The translations under genes and the position numbers were made by a program. From contig CAVTET010000004.1 of assembly GCA_963733675.1 (NCBI GenBank), forward strand, positions 160,001 to 224,000: a DNA stretch of 64,000 bases, in the 5' to 3' direction. Under the pieces are notes generated by a model, which worked only from the letters and a program-made list of their open reading frames with translations, was not told the DNA's origin and did not search any database. This document shows positions 35,007-46,733 of the stretch, piece by piece; positions within the stretch are counted from its first letter, which is position 1; every line of letters begins with the position of its first letter. The DNA comes from an uncultured Methanosarcinaceae archaeon (GTDB taxonomy: Archaea > Halobacteriota > Methanosarcinia > Methanosarcinales > Methanosarcinaceae).

Positions 35007-36014
35007 TTAATCTTTTTCCTGACAGGAGCTCCTTACCAGATCAAATATGGCCTTTCCATCTTTTAGACCATTAATCTTTTCCCTAATATTTCGTGAATTA
35101 TGTAATCCTTTTGTAAACCAGTGAGCATGCATCCTCAGATTTTGAGAAGATAACAGATTATGTTCTTCAAGTAGGGTGATATATAATTCAAAATCTTCAA
35201 GCTGTCGGGCCTGCTTGTCTAGTTCCAGCTTTTCTCCGGTTTCCAGATAATATCTAATTCTCCTGAATATGAACGGATTTCCCATTGCAGCCCGCCCTAT
35301 CATAAGCCCATCACAGCCTGTAAACTCAATAGTATTTTCTGCAGACTCTTCGTCCTTTATGTCACCGTTTGCAATCACTGGAATTGAAAGTTCGCGTTTG
35401 ACTGCCTTGATAGCTACAAGATCCGAGCTTCCGGAGTACATCTGCTTTGCCTCCCTGCCATGCACCGTTATGGCAAGAGCTCCTGCATTTTCGATAAGTT
35501 GCGCAATCTCAAGGGTCTTTTCATCTCTTTCCAAAATCCTGATCTTTACAGTTACAGGTGTTTTCAGGGCATATGTTAACTCTGAGACTATTTCAGAAAC
35601 AAGCTCTGGAGATTTGAGAAGAGCTGAACCGCACCCTGCTCCTATAATGCATTGTACGGGGCAGCCCATATTGATATCGATGACTTCAGGCCTAAACTCA
35701 CTTTCAACAAAGATGGCAGCTTCCCGCAGCTTTTCAGTTGAACTCCCAACAAGCTGAACTCCAAAAGGCCGGTCATAAAGTGAGCTCAGTCCTTTAAGAA
35801 GAGATTTCCGATTTTTGCTGAGCAAGGCATCTGAGTTGATCATTTCGGTGTATGTTATGTCAGCTCCATGCTGCCGGCATAGCAACCTGAAAGCTAAATT
35901 TGTAACTCCTGCCATGGGTGCAAGAAAAAGGTTTCCAGAAGTTTCAAGCTGACCAATTTTTAATTTATTAAGCGTCATTTTTATACAATTCAAATTACTT
36001 TTTTTTAAAGCCAT
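35007..36014 (-). CDS. dusB: tRNA-dihydrouridine synthase
   Basis: LAPMAGVT, DINMGCP, VHGR, ANGD, MIGRAA. Start may be 35978. Confidence 0.9.
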   Translation of the reverse strand: MALKKSNLNCIKMTLNKLKIGQLETSGNLFLAPMAGVTNLAFRLLCRQHGADITYTEMINSDALLSKNRKSLLKGLSSLYDRPFGVQLVGSSTEKLREAAIFVESEFRPEVIDINMGCPVQCIIGAGCGSALLKSPELVSEIVSELTYALKTPVTVKIRILERDEKTLEIAQLIENAGALAITVHGREAKQMYSGSSDLVAIKAVKRELSIPVIANGDIKDEESAENTIEFTGCDGLMIGRAAMGNPFIFRRIRYYLETGEKLELDKQARQLEDFELYITLLEEHNLLSSQNLRMHAHWFTKGLHNSRNIREKINGLKDGKAIFDLVRSSCQEKD

Positions 36015-36259
36015 TTTATGAATTAGATCTACTGTGATTTGTTAAAACTCAAATAGATTTCGCACAATTATTTGAAAAATATCAGAATTTATATATGAAA
36101 GCCCTAAAATCGGAAACTAAAATGGATAATCTATAAAGGCCTTAAGAAGCAAAAGAGAAATAAAATAATCGAATCAAGAGATTGTGAAAGCGGAGACAAA
36201 ATGCTAATTTTGAAAGTTTAGTCAAAAATTAATGTCTTTTTATGTTATTCTGTCCAATG

Positions 36260-37050
36260 AATACAAACACAAAAAAATCCCCTTCAATTTCTATCAAGAA
36301 TATATGCGTTCCTATTAAATCGACTCTTGCGATTCAATTTTTTATGAAAACTTAATTTTTGTGATATTTTAGCAAGCATAACAGAAAGGATTTGGTTATC
36401 AATAAATTATTGATAGTCTTGGTGATATATAAGCTCACCAATAATTTTCGCATCAGAGAAGCTGGCAAATGGTTAAATAAGGGAAAAATTATCGACATCT
36501 CCGACCTCAAAAAATTTCATGAAAAGGTCCTTTACAGAACTCTTGAAATCTTGAAGAGTAACGAAAGAGAAATCCTCCCTGATATTCTGAACAATATTTT
36601 TCAGTTGACGATTCAAAAAAAAGATTTAACTTTGGACTGAGCAAGTATAGTTCTTCAAAGCACTAAATCCAAACTTGGCAAGTATGGATATAGTAGTGAT
36701 CAGAGACATGATGGATTATGGATAACAGTCTAATTTATTAAACTCAAGGAAACCATAAACATATCATGAAGTTACAGTTAATGGAGGCAATGTTCTTGAC
36801 TTGCAGCATTTTTCTGACAATTTTATGATCAGGTGAAAATGAACTCAAAAACGGTTCTTGAATAATTTTTGACAATGGAACTAATTCAGAAAACAATATT
36901 CAACTTCCTCAAAAAGAGAATATTAAGTATCTAGCTCCAATGAAACAGAATACAAGTGATAATAGAATAATTGAAAAGTTTGATAAGAAAAAAGTCGAAA
37001 AGATAAACCCAGAAAAAGTATACGTGGGGTAAAAATCGTCAAGTTAAGTA
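36260..37050 (+). pseudogene. Degenerate IS1634-family transposase
   Basis: Fragments HEKVLYRTLEIL, KLGKYGYSSD, TVNGGNVLDLQHF, LIIFDNG, with many stops and frameshifts. Confidence 0.65.
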
Positions 37051-37202
37051 GCATCCTCCATTCCGTAAATGTACAATTTGTTCACCAATTTGCCCACTAT
37101 TATTCATTGAAAGTGAACAAATAGGCTAACAAATCATACATCTGTGTACATTTGTAGAGTAAGGATTTAAAAAAAATAAATTGAAAATTATAGTTCAATT
37201 GG

Positions 37203-37754
37203 TTATGAGAATAATAGCCTGATATATCCTAGATAAGGAATCCTATACTGTGCAGTCCCTATAATCCACTTGTCTTTTACAAGCCCACTTATATCTCCTT
37301 GCTGGTCAAAGTACTGGTTAGTTATAACATTATCTCCTTTGGTGATATAACCAGAATACTGAGCAAGAGGCCCGCCTTCCCACATTGGCTCTCCAGCTTT
37401 TACCCTGTACATGGCTCTATGAATTATTGGGGTTACATCTTCAGTGCCATTAGGACGATAAAGAATCACATCTCCATAATTTTTAAAAGATTCATATCCC
37501 GATTTTTTTCCTTCTTCATTCGTGATAATGTTCACTCGATCAATACTTTTCATAAAAACAATATCTCCGATCTGTATATGCGGATCCATACTCTCTGACT
37601 CTACAGCAACCATAGGAGTCCAGAGACCAAATACCAACTTGGAAAGGAACATAAAAGTAATCAGTACAGCTACAACCAACAGCAAGTCCTTTCCAAGTGA
37701 AACCCAGGAATTATCATCTTCCTGGGTACTATTTTCCTCATTAATTTTGCTCAT
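37203..37754 (-). CDS. Signal peptidase I (S26, Sec11-type)
   Basis: ESMDP (catalytic Ser), IIHR, TKGDN. Confidence 0.9.
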   Translation of the reverse strand: MSKINEENSTQEDDNSWVSLGKDLLLVVAVLITFMFLSKLVFGLWTPMVAVESESMDPHIQIGDIVFMKSIDRVNIITNEEGKKSGYESFKNYGDVILYRPNGTEDVTPIIHRAMYRVKAGEPMWEGGPLAQYSGYITKGDNVITNQYFDQQGDISGLVKDKWIIGTAQYRIPYLGYIRLLFS

Positions 37755-37866
37755 ACTCAGTCTTTATTCCTTTAATTTCACTTTTTTTCGCGCCCATTAA
37801 TTCTATTAGTCTTTGTCTGACAAAAATGTTATTCATTAAGTTATTGGGTATATACGCCAGGCTTTA

Positions 37867-37960
37867 TAGAAAATTTTTATAAACCCACTAATTTCTTCAT
37901 ATGCTTATAAAATGGTATATAAGTAATTCATGAAAATCAGAGTTTTATCGGAATCCTCTA
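37867..37960. mobile_element. MITE family 1, copy H
   Basis: TAGAAAATTTTTATAAACCC ... GTTTTATCGGAATCCTCTA. Confidence 0.75.
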
Positions 37961-38595
37961 TTATTATTCCTTAAATTATTTCAGGCTACAATATAACCTC
38001 AGAGTTAAATATAGCTCTTTCTGTTAGTCTGACTTATTAAAAATAATTAAGTCTTTTTCCAGTATTTTTGCCTATTATTTGTTTTTATAAGAGACTAATT
38101 TTAAATCCCAATTTTCATAGATTTACACAATAATGGCATTCGTTTTCTAAATATGACAGTTGTTTAAAAATTAATTTAACTTTCAATATTATTAGTTGGC
38201 AAATAGGAAAACAAAATATATACCTGTGTATATCTGCAGAATGTCTGTTAAATCTATTCATCCAGTTATCATATTTGTATAGTCATTTACTTAAAAAGAG
38301 GCAGATATCTTTTATAGTAGGCAGGAATCAAAAGGTATAAGTGTTACATGGGGAATATAAAATTTTTTAGAATTACAATTTCATTTCATAAATTAATTTT
38401 AACACATTAATTTAGTATCTGTTAAGCATATATTTTGTATCTTATTAACTTTTATATTTTAAACATGTCTTTTGCTTGAGATCTTTTAAATTTGGAGCCA
38501 AATGAACCTTATGATAAATCAGATCCAAAAGGTTTAGAAAAGTTTATTTCGGTTTGGAAAGATTTGTGTCAGTCTAGGAATGTTAGGTTGGAAGT

Positions 38596-40569
38596 ATGGA
38601 CAAGAGCGAGATTATAAAGGCAGTTATAGAAAAAGAGTACCAGATAAGCCCTGAAGCCGTTGAACTCATTAAATCCAGCAACTCGCCAGAATGCCTACTA
38701 AAATATGTCCTTTCAACTGTAAATGACTTTGTTGTTGTCATAGGGGCCGAGCATATAGATCTTGAAAGTTTTGTTGCTCATGACAGAGCTTCAAAGCTAA
38801 TTCATGCAGAAAATAAAAAAAATCCTGGTTTCGAAAATTCAACCGAAAAGCCAAACTATGATGAAATACCAATTTCTTCTTTAAAAGCAGGAGAATTTCT
38901 TTCAGTATCTAGCAAACTTTCCCCTAAATTAGATGATGTTTCCTCAGAGACGGGGATCCCTTCTCCAGTCAACGACTCTGTGCCGAGCCTCTACCCAAAT
39001 CCGCTTCCAGATTCAATTTCAGTACCAGATATAACTTATAAACCAATTCCAGATCTCAAATCAGATAATATTTCATCAGAGGAGGCATCGAGTTCTTACA
39101 TTGCTTCAAGCTCGATTTCTTCATTGAGAACTGATCCTGAATTGGCCTTTTCCTTGCCATCTTCACAAGCTGGAGACAGATCAACTTCATCTTTTTTCGG
39201 AGAGGGGAATTCTCTACCTTCGTCCCCTTCAAACCGAGTTTCCAGGGAAAATCCATCTTTATCTGTTTTCGGAAAGGGCTTCTCGTCTAGTCCCAGTGAC
39301 AAAGTGCACAGAAGTTTTCCCGGCAGGAATCCTGTGACCGTAATTTCCGATATATCAGGGGATTCAACATGTGTTGGAGAATATATGCAGTTTGTTCAAT
39401 ACTTCAGGAATAGATACAGCAGGCTTTCAGCGATTATACGGAGTAGAATAAGTGCGCGTCCTATAGAAAGTTTAAGACGAAGAAGAAGCCTTCGTCGTGA
39501 AGGGGACTGGGATTCTGAAGAAATATCTATAATCGGGATGGTTTCTGACATCAGTAGCACAAATAACGGCCACAAAATATTATCTCTTGAAGATCCAACC
39601 GGCTCCTTCTCAGTTCTCATTCGAAATACTGATAAAGAACTTTTTGAACTGGCCTCACGAGTCCTGCTTGATGAGGTCATAGGAGTAACGGGTTTGGTAA
39701 AGAGCGCCGGAAACCTGATGTTTGCCACAAAACTCATTCAGCCAGATGTACCCAATGGCGTTCAACAAAGAACCCGAAGTCAAGGGAAAATAGTGATGAT
39801 ATCTGATGTGCATATAGGAAGTTCCCAGTTTCTTGAAGACGCTTGGCTGGATTTTCTTGACTTTTTGAAAGGAGAGTCTGAATCAGAAGTCATGCGGGAA
39901 CTTGCCGCCAGTATCCGTTATCTTATTGTTGCAGGAGATCTTGTTGATGGGATAGGGATTTATCCTGATCAGGAATTAGAACTGGACATTATGGATATCT
40001 ATGAGCAGTACATGAAAGCTGCAGAGTACTTAAAGGAAATTCCGGAGCATATACGTGTGATAATAAGTCCCGGTAATCATGATGCTGTTCGCCAGGCAGA
40101 ACCTCAGCCTGCGCTTCCTGAAATAGTTCAGGCCTATTTCCCTCAAAATGTTATTTTCGTTGGTAACCCTTCTCTTGTTGATCTGGATGGTACTCGCATC
40201 CTCATCTACCACGGAAGATCAATTGATGACCTCGTAGCAAGCATTTCGGGGATCTCCTATCAGGAACCCGCCATGGCCGTTCTTGAAATGGTGAAGCGCA
40301 GGCACCTTGCTCCGACTTATGGGAGCAGGGTTTCCATATCTCCGGAAAAAATGGATTATTTCGTTATCGACCATGTGCCGGATATCATCCACACTGGCCA
40401 CGTCCATACCCTCGGAGTCCAGCGCTATAAAAATATCCTTCTTGTTAATTCCGGAACCTGGCAGGGTCAGACAGAGTTTCAGAAACATGTAAACCTCACG
40501 CCAGTACCTGCAAGAGTCCCAATTGTGGATCTCGCGGATTTTACCTATAAAATTCTTAATTTTGACTGA
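38596..40569 (+). CDS. polB: DNA polymerase D small subunit DP1
   Basis: SDVHIGS, GDLVDG, PGNHD, YHG, RRHLAP, GHVH. OB fold and long Ser/Pro linker. Confidence 0.95.
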   Translation: MDKSEIIKAVIEKEYQISPEAVELIKSSNSPECLLKYVLSTVNDFVVVIGAEHIDLESFVAHDRASKLIHAENKKNPGFENSTEKPNYDEIPISSLKAGEFLSVSSKLSPKLDDVSSETGIPSPVNDSVPSLYPNPLPDSISVPDITYKPIPDLKSDNISSEEASSSYIASSSISSLRTDPELAFSLPSSQAGDRSTSSFFGEGNSLPSSPSNRVSRENPSLSVFGKGFSSSPSDKVHRSFPGRNPVTVISDISGDSTCVGEYMQFVQYFRNRYSRLSAIIRSRISARPIESLRRRRSLRREGDWDSEEISIIGMVSDISSTNNGHKILSLEDPTGSFSVLIRNTDKELFELASRVLLDEVIGVTGLVKSAGNLMFATKLIQPDVPNGVQQRTRSQGKIVMISDVHIGSSQFLEDAWLDFLDFLKGESESEVMRELAASIRYLIVAGDLVDGIGIYPDQELELDIMDIYEQYMKAAEYLKEIPEHIRVIISPGNHDAVRQAEPQPALPEIVQAYFPQNVIFVGNPSLVDLDGTRILIYHGRSIDDLVASISGISYQEPAMAVLEMVKRRHLAPTYGSRVSISPEKMDYFVIDHVPDIIHTGHVHTLGVQRYKNILLVNSGTWQGQTEFQKHVNLTPVPARVPIVDLADFTYKILNFD

Positions 40570-40696
40570 ATCTGGCCTGAAAAATCTTAACTTCAATGAC
40601 TGAATTTGCGCAGATAGACAGTTCAAATAATTCTTATAGACCACAAATTTATCTAAAAATACTGCCCGATCTTTATATATACAACTAAGATTTAAT

Positions 40697-41710
40697 ATGC
40701 TGCAAATGCCTCAGGAAGAAAAGAAGGAGGACTTCGAAGAAGATTTATCGATTGTTCAGAAAGAAAACTGGAATAAAGAGTATACTTCTTTGCCAGTTGA
40801 GCCCTCTGATTTAAATACCCTTCTGAAAAAACAGGGCTATGCCCTCGCAGGCTGCCACTCAGCAGTTAAGACCTGTCTCTGGCTTAGACACGCTATGAAC
40901 GGTCAAGGTTTCTGCTATAAATCCAAATTTTATGGAGTACAATCTCACCGCTGCCTTCAGATGACTCCTACTCTTATGTGCAACCAGAGGTGCCTCTTTT
41001 GCTGGCGACCCACTGAGATTTCTGTTCCTACGCCTGGTGAATGGGATTCTCCCAAAAAGATTGTAGAAGAAAGCATTGCCTGCCAGCACAAGTTGATCAC
41101 GGGTTTTGGCGGTTCTCAGATCGCAATTAAGGAACGTTGGATTGAGAGCAATGAGCCGAATAATGTCGCCATTTCCCTTTCTGGAGAGCCGACCATTTAT
41201 CCTTACCTGCCAGAGCTTATCGAAGAATACAAAAAAATGGGCTTCACAGTTTTTTTAGTCACGAATGGAACAAATCCTGAAATGCTTACAAAAGTTTTTC
41301 CTTCCCAGCTTTATATGAGTCTTGATGCTCCTGACATGGAAACTTATCTGAAGATATGTAAGCCCAAATCAGCTGCGCTCTGGGACAGAATCAACGAATC
41401 TCTGTCCATACTAGGGGGAAAAAAATCACGGACAGTCATCCGTACAACGCTGGTCAAGGGAAAAAACATGTTTAGATCCGAGCATTATGCCGAGCTGATA
41501 AAAAAAGGTTCTCCTGACTTTGTCGAAGTAAAAGCTTATATGCATCTGGGCTTTTCACGGCTTCGTCTTGACCGCTCTTCCATGCCCACTCATGTTGAGG
41601 TCTTAGAGTTCTCAAAAGAACTTGCAAAATGCCTGGGGTATGAAATAGCAGATGAATCTGAGATTAGCCGGGTTGTACTACTTTCAAAGGATGGTAAAAT
41701 CCCACTTTGA
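40697..41710 (+). CDS. taw1: 4-demethylwyosine synthase (radical SAM, TYW1/Taw1)
   Basis: HSAVKTCLW, CYKSKFYG, CNQRCLFCWR, SLSGEPT. Confidence 0.93.
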   Translation: MLQMPQEEKKEDFEEDLSIVQKENWNKEYTSLPVEPSDLNTLLKKQGYALAGCHSAVKTCLWLRHAMNGQGFCYKSKFYGVQSHRCLQMTPTLMCNQRCLFCWRPTEISVPTPGEWDSPKKIVEESIACQHKLITGFGGSQIAIKERWIESNEPNNVAISLSGEPTIYPYLPELIEEYKKMGFTVFLVTNGTNPEMLTKVFPSQLYMSLDAPDMETYLKICKPKSAALWDRINESLSILGGKKSRTVIRTTLVKGKNMFRSEHYAELIKKGSPDFVEVKAYMHLGFSRLRLDRSSMPTHVEVLEFSKELAKCLGYEIADESEISRVVLLSKDGKIPL

Positions 41711-42447
41711 AAAGATCGTCAAATAAAACTAAAACCTAAATGGTCAATTTAAAATAACGCTCAATTTTTCCCATTCCAGTTAGCTTTATTTTTATCAGGT
41801 AGCCCATCATTAGTAATTGATGTTTTCATAATTAAATTTCCATTGTAACGAAATTTGTGTTTTCATGTACTGAAGCACATCTTGTCTAGCTCACAGCAAT
41901 GGGTGCGGGTCGAGAACTACCAGAAAACTGCACTAAGTGCATTTTGGAAATCAATCAAATTAATAAAGTACAGCGTTTATCTTAATAAACCAACAACTTT
42001 GAAGTAAAAATAAGTGTATATGAAGCTTTTGTCTTTATATGAATATATTATTTCAGTCTAGTGATAGAATCAAATTTAAACTTAAGTTTCAATTGGGATA
42101 TGCCTTCATTAGGGATTAATTCAATTTTAAGCCAATTAGGTACAATTTAAGTAAAATCATGTCTCATATTTAGTTCGATCAACAGAATACGAAATGGGAT
42201 AGGTTTGCACAGTATAAAGGGAGTTAACTGCGTATCAAAATTTTAGAGGCGCCTATTTATCTGGCAGATCTATTCTTACTTTCAGGTTCTTCGTGTCTGA
42301 GCAATTTTTAGATTATACTTTTAAGTTGAGACGGATATTTACTGTTTGATTTTTCTTTATCAAATTTTCAGTTCACTATTGCCAAGTTAACCGAAAAGCT
42401 AAATGAATTGTAAACTGAATAACTAAATTTATTACGAAATCAAATTG

Positions 42448-42510
42448 ATAATCTCATACAATTTCTTAGATTGATAATCTCAAATATTTCTCAAATATTA
42501 TAATCTCAAA
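42448..42510. repeat. Three ATAATCTCA motifs at exact 26-bp period
   Basis: Copies at 42448, 42474 and 42500. Confidence 0.7.
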
Positions 42511-42611
42511 TTTCGATTCAAATATGACTGCATCGATTAGATAACAGATTTAAAATCAAATTTGCAGGAAATACCAGAATTTAATCACTTGCCTATTGGA
42601 GAATTTTCGAA

Positions 42612-43859
42612 ATGACTGAACAATCCGCACATCAAAAGTATGAATTTAAGAAGAAGCTTGAAAGTCTCAGGGATAAGAAAGGAAGAAGTACTGAGCTGAT
42701 TACTCTTTATATTCCTCTAGACAAACAAATTTTTGATGTTACAAACCAGTTGAAAGAAGAGCATGGACAAGCTGCAAACATTAAGTCCAAGCTTACCAGG
42801 ACGAATGTACAGGGAGCCATAGAATCTCTTTTATCAAGGCTGAAATATCTTGACAAAGTGCCTGAAAATGGTATAGTATACTTTACAGGGGCTGTGGACA
42901 TTGGGGCCAACAAAACCAACATGGAAAGTGAGGTGATAATTCCTCCGGAACCAATTATAGCTTACAAATATCACTGCAATTCCACCTTTTACCTCGAGCC
43001 TCTTGAAGATATGCTCAAGGACAAAAATACCTTTGGGCTTTTGGTTCTGGATCGCAGGGAAGCTACTGTAGGATTGCTGGTTGGTAAGCGAATACAAGCC
43101 TTCCGCCATCTTACTTCCACGGTTCCGGGGAAGCAGAGGAAAGGAGGGCAGAGTGCCCACCGTTTTCAGCAGCTCAGGCTCATTGCTATCCATGATTTTT
43201 ATAAAAAAATAGGCGCTGCTGCAAGTGAAATATTCCTTTCCATTGACCATAAGGATTTGAAAGGCGTCCTTATAGGTGGGCCTTCTCCGACAAAAGAAGA
43301 GTTTTACGCAGGGGAGTTTCTGCACCATGAGCTCCAGAGGAAAATCATCGGACTATTTGACATATCTTACACAGATGAATCCGGACTTCCCGAACTGTTG
43401 AATGCTGCAGGGGAAAAGCTCCAGGATCTTGAGCTTATGGGGCAAAAAAATGCTGTCAAGGCCTTTTTCAAAGAACTTATTTCTGACTCAGGAAAAGTAG
43501 CTTATGGGGAAACTCAGGTTCGGGCAAACCTCGAGATTAATGCTGTTGAAATGCTCTTACTCTCCGAAGATCTACGGGCTGAAAGGGTGACCACGAAATG
43601 CAGCGTATGTGGATACGAGAATAAATGGACGAGGCGCTGGAAACCAGGTGAATCTGCTCCTACAGCCGGAAACTGCCCAGAGTGCGGTTCTTCCATTGAT
43701 GTAACAGATGTAACTGATATAGTTGATGAACTATCAGCGCTTGCTGACAAAAGCAATGCAAAGGTTACTTTCGTGTCTACAGACTTTGACGAAGGTTCAC
43801 AGCTCATGAATGCTTTTGGAGGCATTGCTGCAATCCTGAGGTACAATACAGGGGTCTGA
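42612..43859 (+). CDS. prf1: Peptide chain release factor aRF1
   Basis: NIKS, YHCN, GGQSA, FGGIAAILRY. Confidence 0.97.
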   Translation: MTEQSAHQKYEFKKKLESLRDKKGRSTELITLYIPLDKQIFDVTNQLKEEHGQAANIKSKLTRTNVQGAIESLLSRLKYLDKVPENGIVYFTGAVDIGANKTNMESEVIIPPEPIIAYKYHCNSTFYLEPLEDMLKDKNTFGLLVLDRREATVGLLVGKRIQAFRHLTSTVPGKQRKGGQSAHRFQQLRLIAIHDFYKKIGAAASEIFLSIDHKDLKGVLIGGPSPTKEEFYAGEFLHHELQRKIIGLFDISYTDESGLPELLNAAGEKLQDLELMGQKNAVKAFFKELISDSGKVAYGETQVRANLEINAVEMLLLSEDLRAERVTTKCSVCGYENKWTRRWKPGESAPTAGNCPECGSSIDVTDVTDIVDELSALADKSNAKVTFVSTDFDEGSQLMNAFGGIAAILRYNTGV

Positions 43860-44106
43860 TTTCGCTAATGCGGCCTGTCCCCCATATCAAGCACCTTTTT
43901 ACCCAATACTTTTTAATGGAACTGCCCTTAGATCAGTGGATCAAAATTTAGTAAATAAATAATTTTTTCATTATTTTCTGGGTTTTGATTGATTGCAGTC
44001 AATTGCCAATTAATTAATGGTGAATTTTTAATATTCCAGAGGATATTAAAAAATCTCTAAATTAATGTTGTTATATTATTTTCATAGTTGTTAAAGGTGA
44101 TTTATC

Positions 44107-45816
44107 TTGTTCATGGAACTCAAAGCTCAGGCTGTATCAATTTTAAAAGATGCTATCCAAAAAATCGGATTTGATGTTAAGGATTCCGAACTTTATTTTG
44201 AAACTTCTTCTCATGCCGACCTTGCAAGCAGAGCTGCCTTCAGGCTGGCAAGCCTTCACAGACAAAATCCCACATACATAGCATCACGCATTGGTTCGGC
44301 AATTAAAATTCCTGCTGGTTCGTATATAGACAAAGTAGATTCCTCGGGTCCTTATATTAATTTCCATGGAGGAAGACATTACTTGAATAGGACTATCGCC
44401 ACAATCCTGGAAGAGAAAGAAAAATTCGGTTGTGGAGCCCAAAAAAATACAATTATCCTTGAACATACCTCAGCAAACCCTAACGGCCCATTGCACGTGG
44501 GACACATCCGTAATTCAATTATTGGAGATACTCTTGCTCGCATTCTCAAGCGCGCAGGGTACAATGTGGAAGTGCAGTACTATGTCAATGATATGGGACG
44601 CCAGATTGCTGTGGTCTCCTGGGCATGTGAACACTTTGAGCTTGACCGTTCCAAAAAACCAGATGCTGCTATTGCTGACATATATATTAAGGCAAACACC
44701 GAATTGAATAAAAATTCAGAATATGTAACTGAAATAGATGTCCTTATGAAAAATGTGGAAGCTGGAGACGTCAAGACCATAGAACGCTTTGATAAGGCAG
44801 TTGCCCTAGCAATTGACGGAATCAAGGAGACTCTTCTTCGGTTAAACGTAGTTCATGATAAGTTCGTCAATGAATCTCGTTTCCTTAAATCCGGAGCAGT
44901 AAAAGGTATCATCGAGCGGATCAAGGCTACTGGAAGGACAAAAATTGACAACGGAGCCGTTGTGGTAAACCTTTCTGACTACGGGTTTGAGAAAACCCTC
45001 GTAATACAGCGCTCAAATGGAACTTCTCTTTACACTACAAGAGACCTTGCTTATCACGAATGGAAAATGGAGCAAGCAGACCGTGTAATTGATGTACTTG
45101 GGGCAGATCACAAACTGATATCTGGCCAACTCAGAGCTACACTGAATGCAATCGGAATAGAGGAACCTGAGATTGTGATCTTCGAGTTTGTATCTCTCCC
45201 TGAAGGCTCAATGAGCACACGCAGTGGCCAGTTCATAAGTGCTGATGACCTTTTTGGCAGGGTCATTGAAGCTGCCCTCAAACAGGTAAATACGCGCCGT
45301 CCGGAAACATCTGATGATTTCAAGAAGGAGGTCTCAGAAATGGTCGGAATAGGTGCAGTGAGATACGATATAGTCAAGGTCTCCCCAGAAAAATCTACCG
45401 TTTTCAACTGGAAAACGGCTCTGGACTTTGAGAAGCAGGGAGCTCCTTATATCCAATATTCCTATGCCAGAGCCTGCAGTATCCTCGAAAAAGCAAAAGA
45501 GGATGCTACCTGGAAATTTTCCTTAGAAATAGATCCCTCCCTACTTGTTGAGGATAGCGAAATAAATCTAATCAAAAAAATGGCAATGTTTGACCATATA
45601 ATAGATCTTGGGGCTCTAGAACTCAAACCTCATGTTCTCGCAATCTATGCTCGCGAACTCGCCGATGCTTTTAATCAGTTCTATCATTTTATTCCGGTCA
45701 TTTCTGCCGAAGATGAAAAAGTCAAGGGTGCAAGACTAGCCCTTGTAGACTGTGCAAGGATTGTGCTTGCAAATTCCCTTGATACTCTTGGAATCGCAGC
45801 CCCTGAATCTATGTGA
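44107..45816 (+). CDS. argS: Arginine--tRNA ligase
   Basis: SANPNGPLHVGHIRN, MSTRSG, PYIQYSYARACSI. Confidence 0.97.
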   Translation: MFMELKAQAVSILKDAIQKIGFDVKDSELYFETSSHADLASRAAFRLASLHRQNPTYIASRIGSAIKIPAGSYIDKVDSSGPYINFHGGRHYLNRTIATILEEKEKFGCGAQKNTIILEHTSANPNGPLHVGHIRNSIIGDTLARILKRAGYNVEVQYYVNDMGRQIAVVSWACEHFELDRSKKPDAAIADIYIKANTELNKNSEYVTEIDVLMKNVEAGDVKTIERFDKAVALAIDGIKETLLRLNVVHDKFVNESRFLKSGAVKGIIERIKATGRTKIDNGAVVVNLSDYGFEKTLVIQRSNGTSLYTTRDLAYHEWKMEQADRVIDVLGADHKLISGQLRATLNAIGIEEPEIVIFEFVSLPEGSMSTRSGQFISADDLFGRVIEAALKQVNTRRPETSDDFKKEVSEMVGIGAVRYDIVKVSPEKSTVFNWKTALDFEKQGAPYIQYSYARACSILEKAKEDATWKFSLEIDPSLLVEDSEINLIKKMAMFDHIIDLGALELKPHVLAIYARELADAFNQFYHFIPVISAEDEKVKGARLALVDCARIVLANSLDTLGIAAPESM

Positions 45817-46009
45817 TAAGAAAAAAGTGATAAAAGAGATAAAATAAAAAGTAAAAAATGAATTTTTCTCATCAATTAATAATCTTAATACTATTCCTTC
45901 GCATCACAGTTTACATATAACTAATTTAATGCGATTCACTTGTTATAAATAGTATACCATTCAACTAGTTTTCAACAGGCTTGAAGATAATGATTTGTTA
46001 CGAGTGTAA

Positions 46010-46462
46010 ATGATAAATGAGGAAGTAACGATCCAATGGATTGAGGATATCAACATAATTACAGCGCTGATATCTTTCATTTACCGCTCTATCCATAAGT
46101 ATTTTGCTAGAGAACTTGGTCAGTATCACATTGGATGGGGACATTTCGCTATTCTGATGTCACTGTATGATCAGGAAGACCGTAGCCAGGATAGCCTTGC
46201 ACAATCAAAAGGATTTAATAAAACGATGATTGCCAAATCTATATTGAGACTGGAAGAAGGTATTGTTTACCGTAAAATCGATCCGGAAGACAAACGAATC
46301 AAAAGGCTATATCTTACAGAAATTGGCAGAAAATTGAAGCCGGAGATGGTTAGAATAGAATTTGAGATAAATGCATTTTTGCTTAAGGGTTTTGATTCAG
46401 ATGAATTTTCATCAGCTACTGAGGTCGTTAGGAAGATTGCATTGAATGCAGCTAGACTCTAA
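46010..46462 (+). CDS. MarR-family regulator
   Basis: SQDSLA, DPEDKRIKRLYLTEIG. Confidence 0.85.
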   Translation: MINEEVTIQWIEDINIITALISFIYRSIHKYFARELGQYHIGWGHFAILMSLYDQEDRSQDSLAQSKGFNKTMIAKSILRLEEGIVYRKIDPEDKRIKRLYLTEIGRKLKPEMVRIEFEINAFLLKGFDSDEFSSATEVVRKIALNAARL

Positions 46463-46490
46463 TGAACACACATTCCAAAGATAAAAATTA

Positions 46491-46583
46491 AAGAGGATTT
46501 CGATAAACCTCTGACTTTTTTGAATTATGTATATACAATTTATAGGCATAGGACGAAATATGGGGTTTTATAGAAATCCTCTA
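46491..46583. mobile_element. MITE family 1, copy I
   Basis: AGAGGATTTCGATAAACC ... GGTTTTATAGAAATCCTCT. Confidence 0.8.
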
Positions 46584-46617
46584 AAATATTATTTAAAATG
46601 AGCTCCAAGCAGCAATA

Positions 46618-46733
46618 AGGACTTACGCACTTAAGAAACAAAATTAAGCATAATATACATCATGATTTAAAATCTATATTAAAGCCGGCTAGGTTTTAGA
46701 GCTGTGATTTTTCAGTCTAACAGGTTAAGTCCT
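46618..46733. mobile_element. MITE family 2 (AGGACTTACGCA-type ends)
   Basis: AGGACTTA(CGCAC) ... TAAGTCCT terminal inverted repeat, ~116 bp, non-coding. Confidence 0.6.

Noticed and set aside
37755-38595. Chromosomal replication origin next to signal peptidase and DP1
   Set aside because: No cdc6/orc1 gene and no ORB repeats recognised.
38800-39320. Ser/Pro-rich insert in DP1 as an intein or novel domain
   Set aside because: No intein motifs. It is a low-complexity linker typical of DP1.
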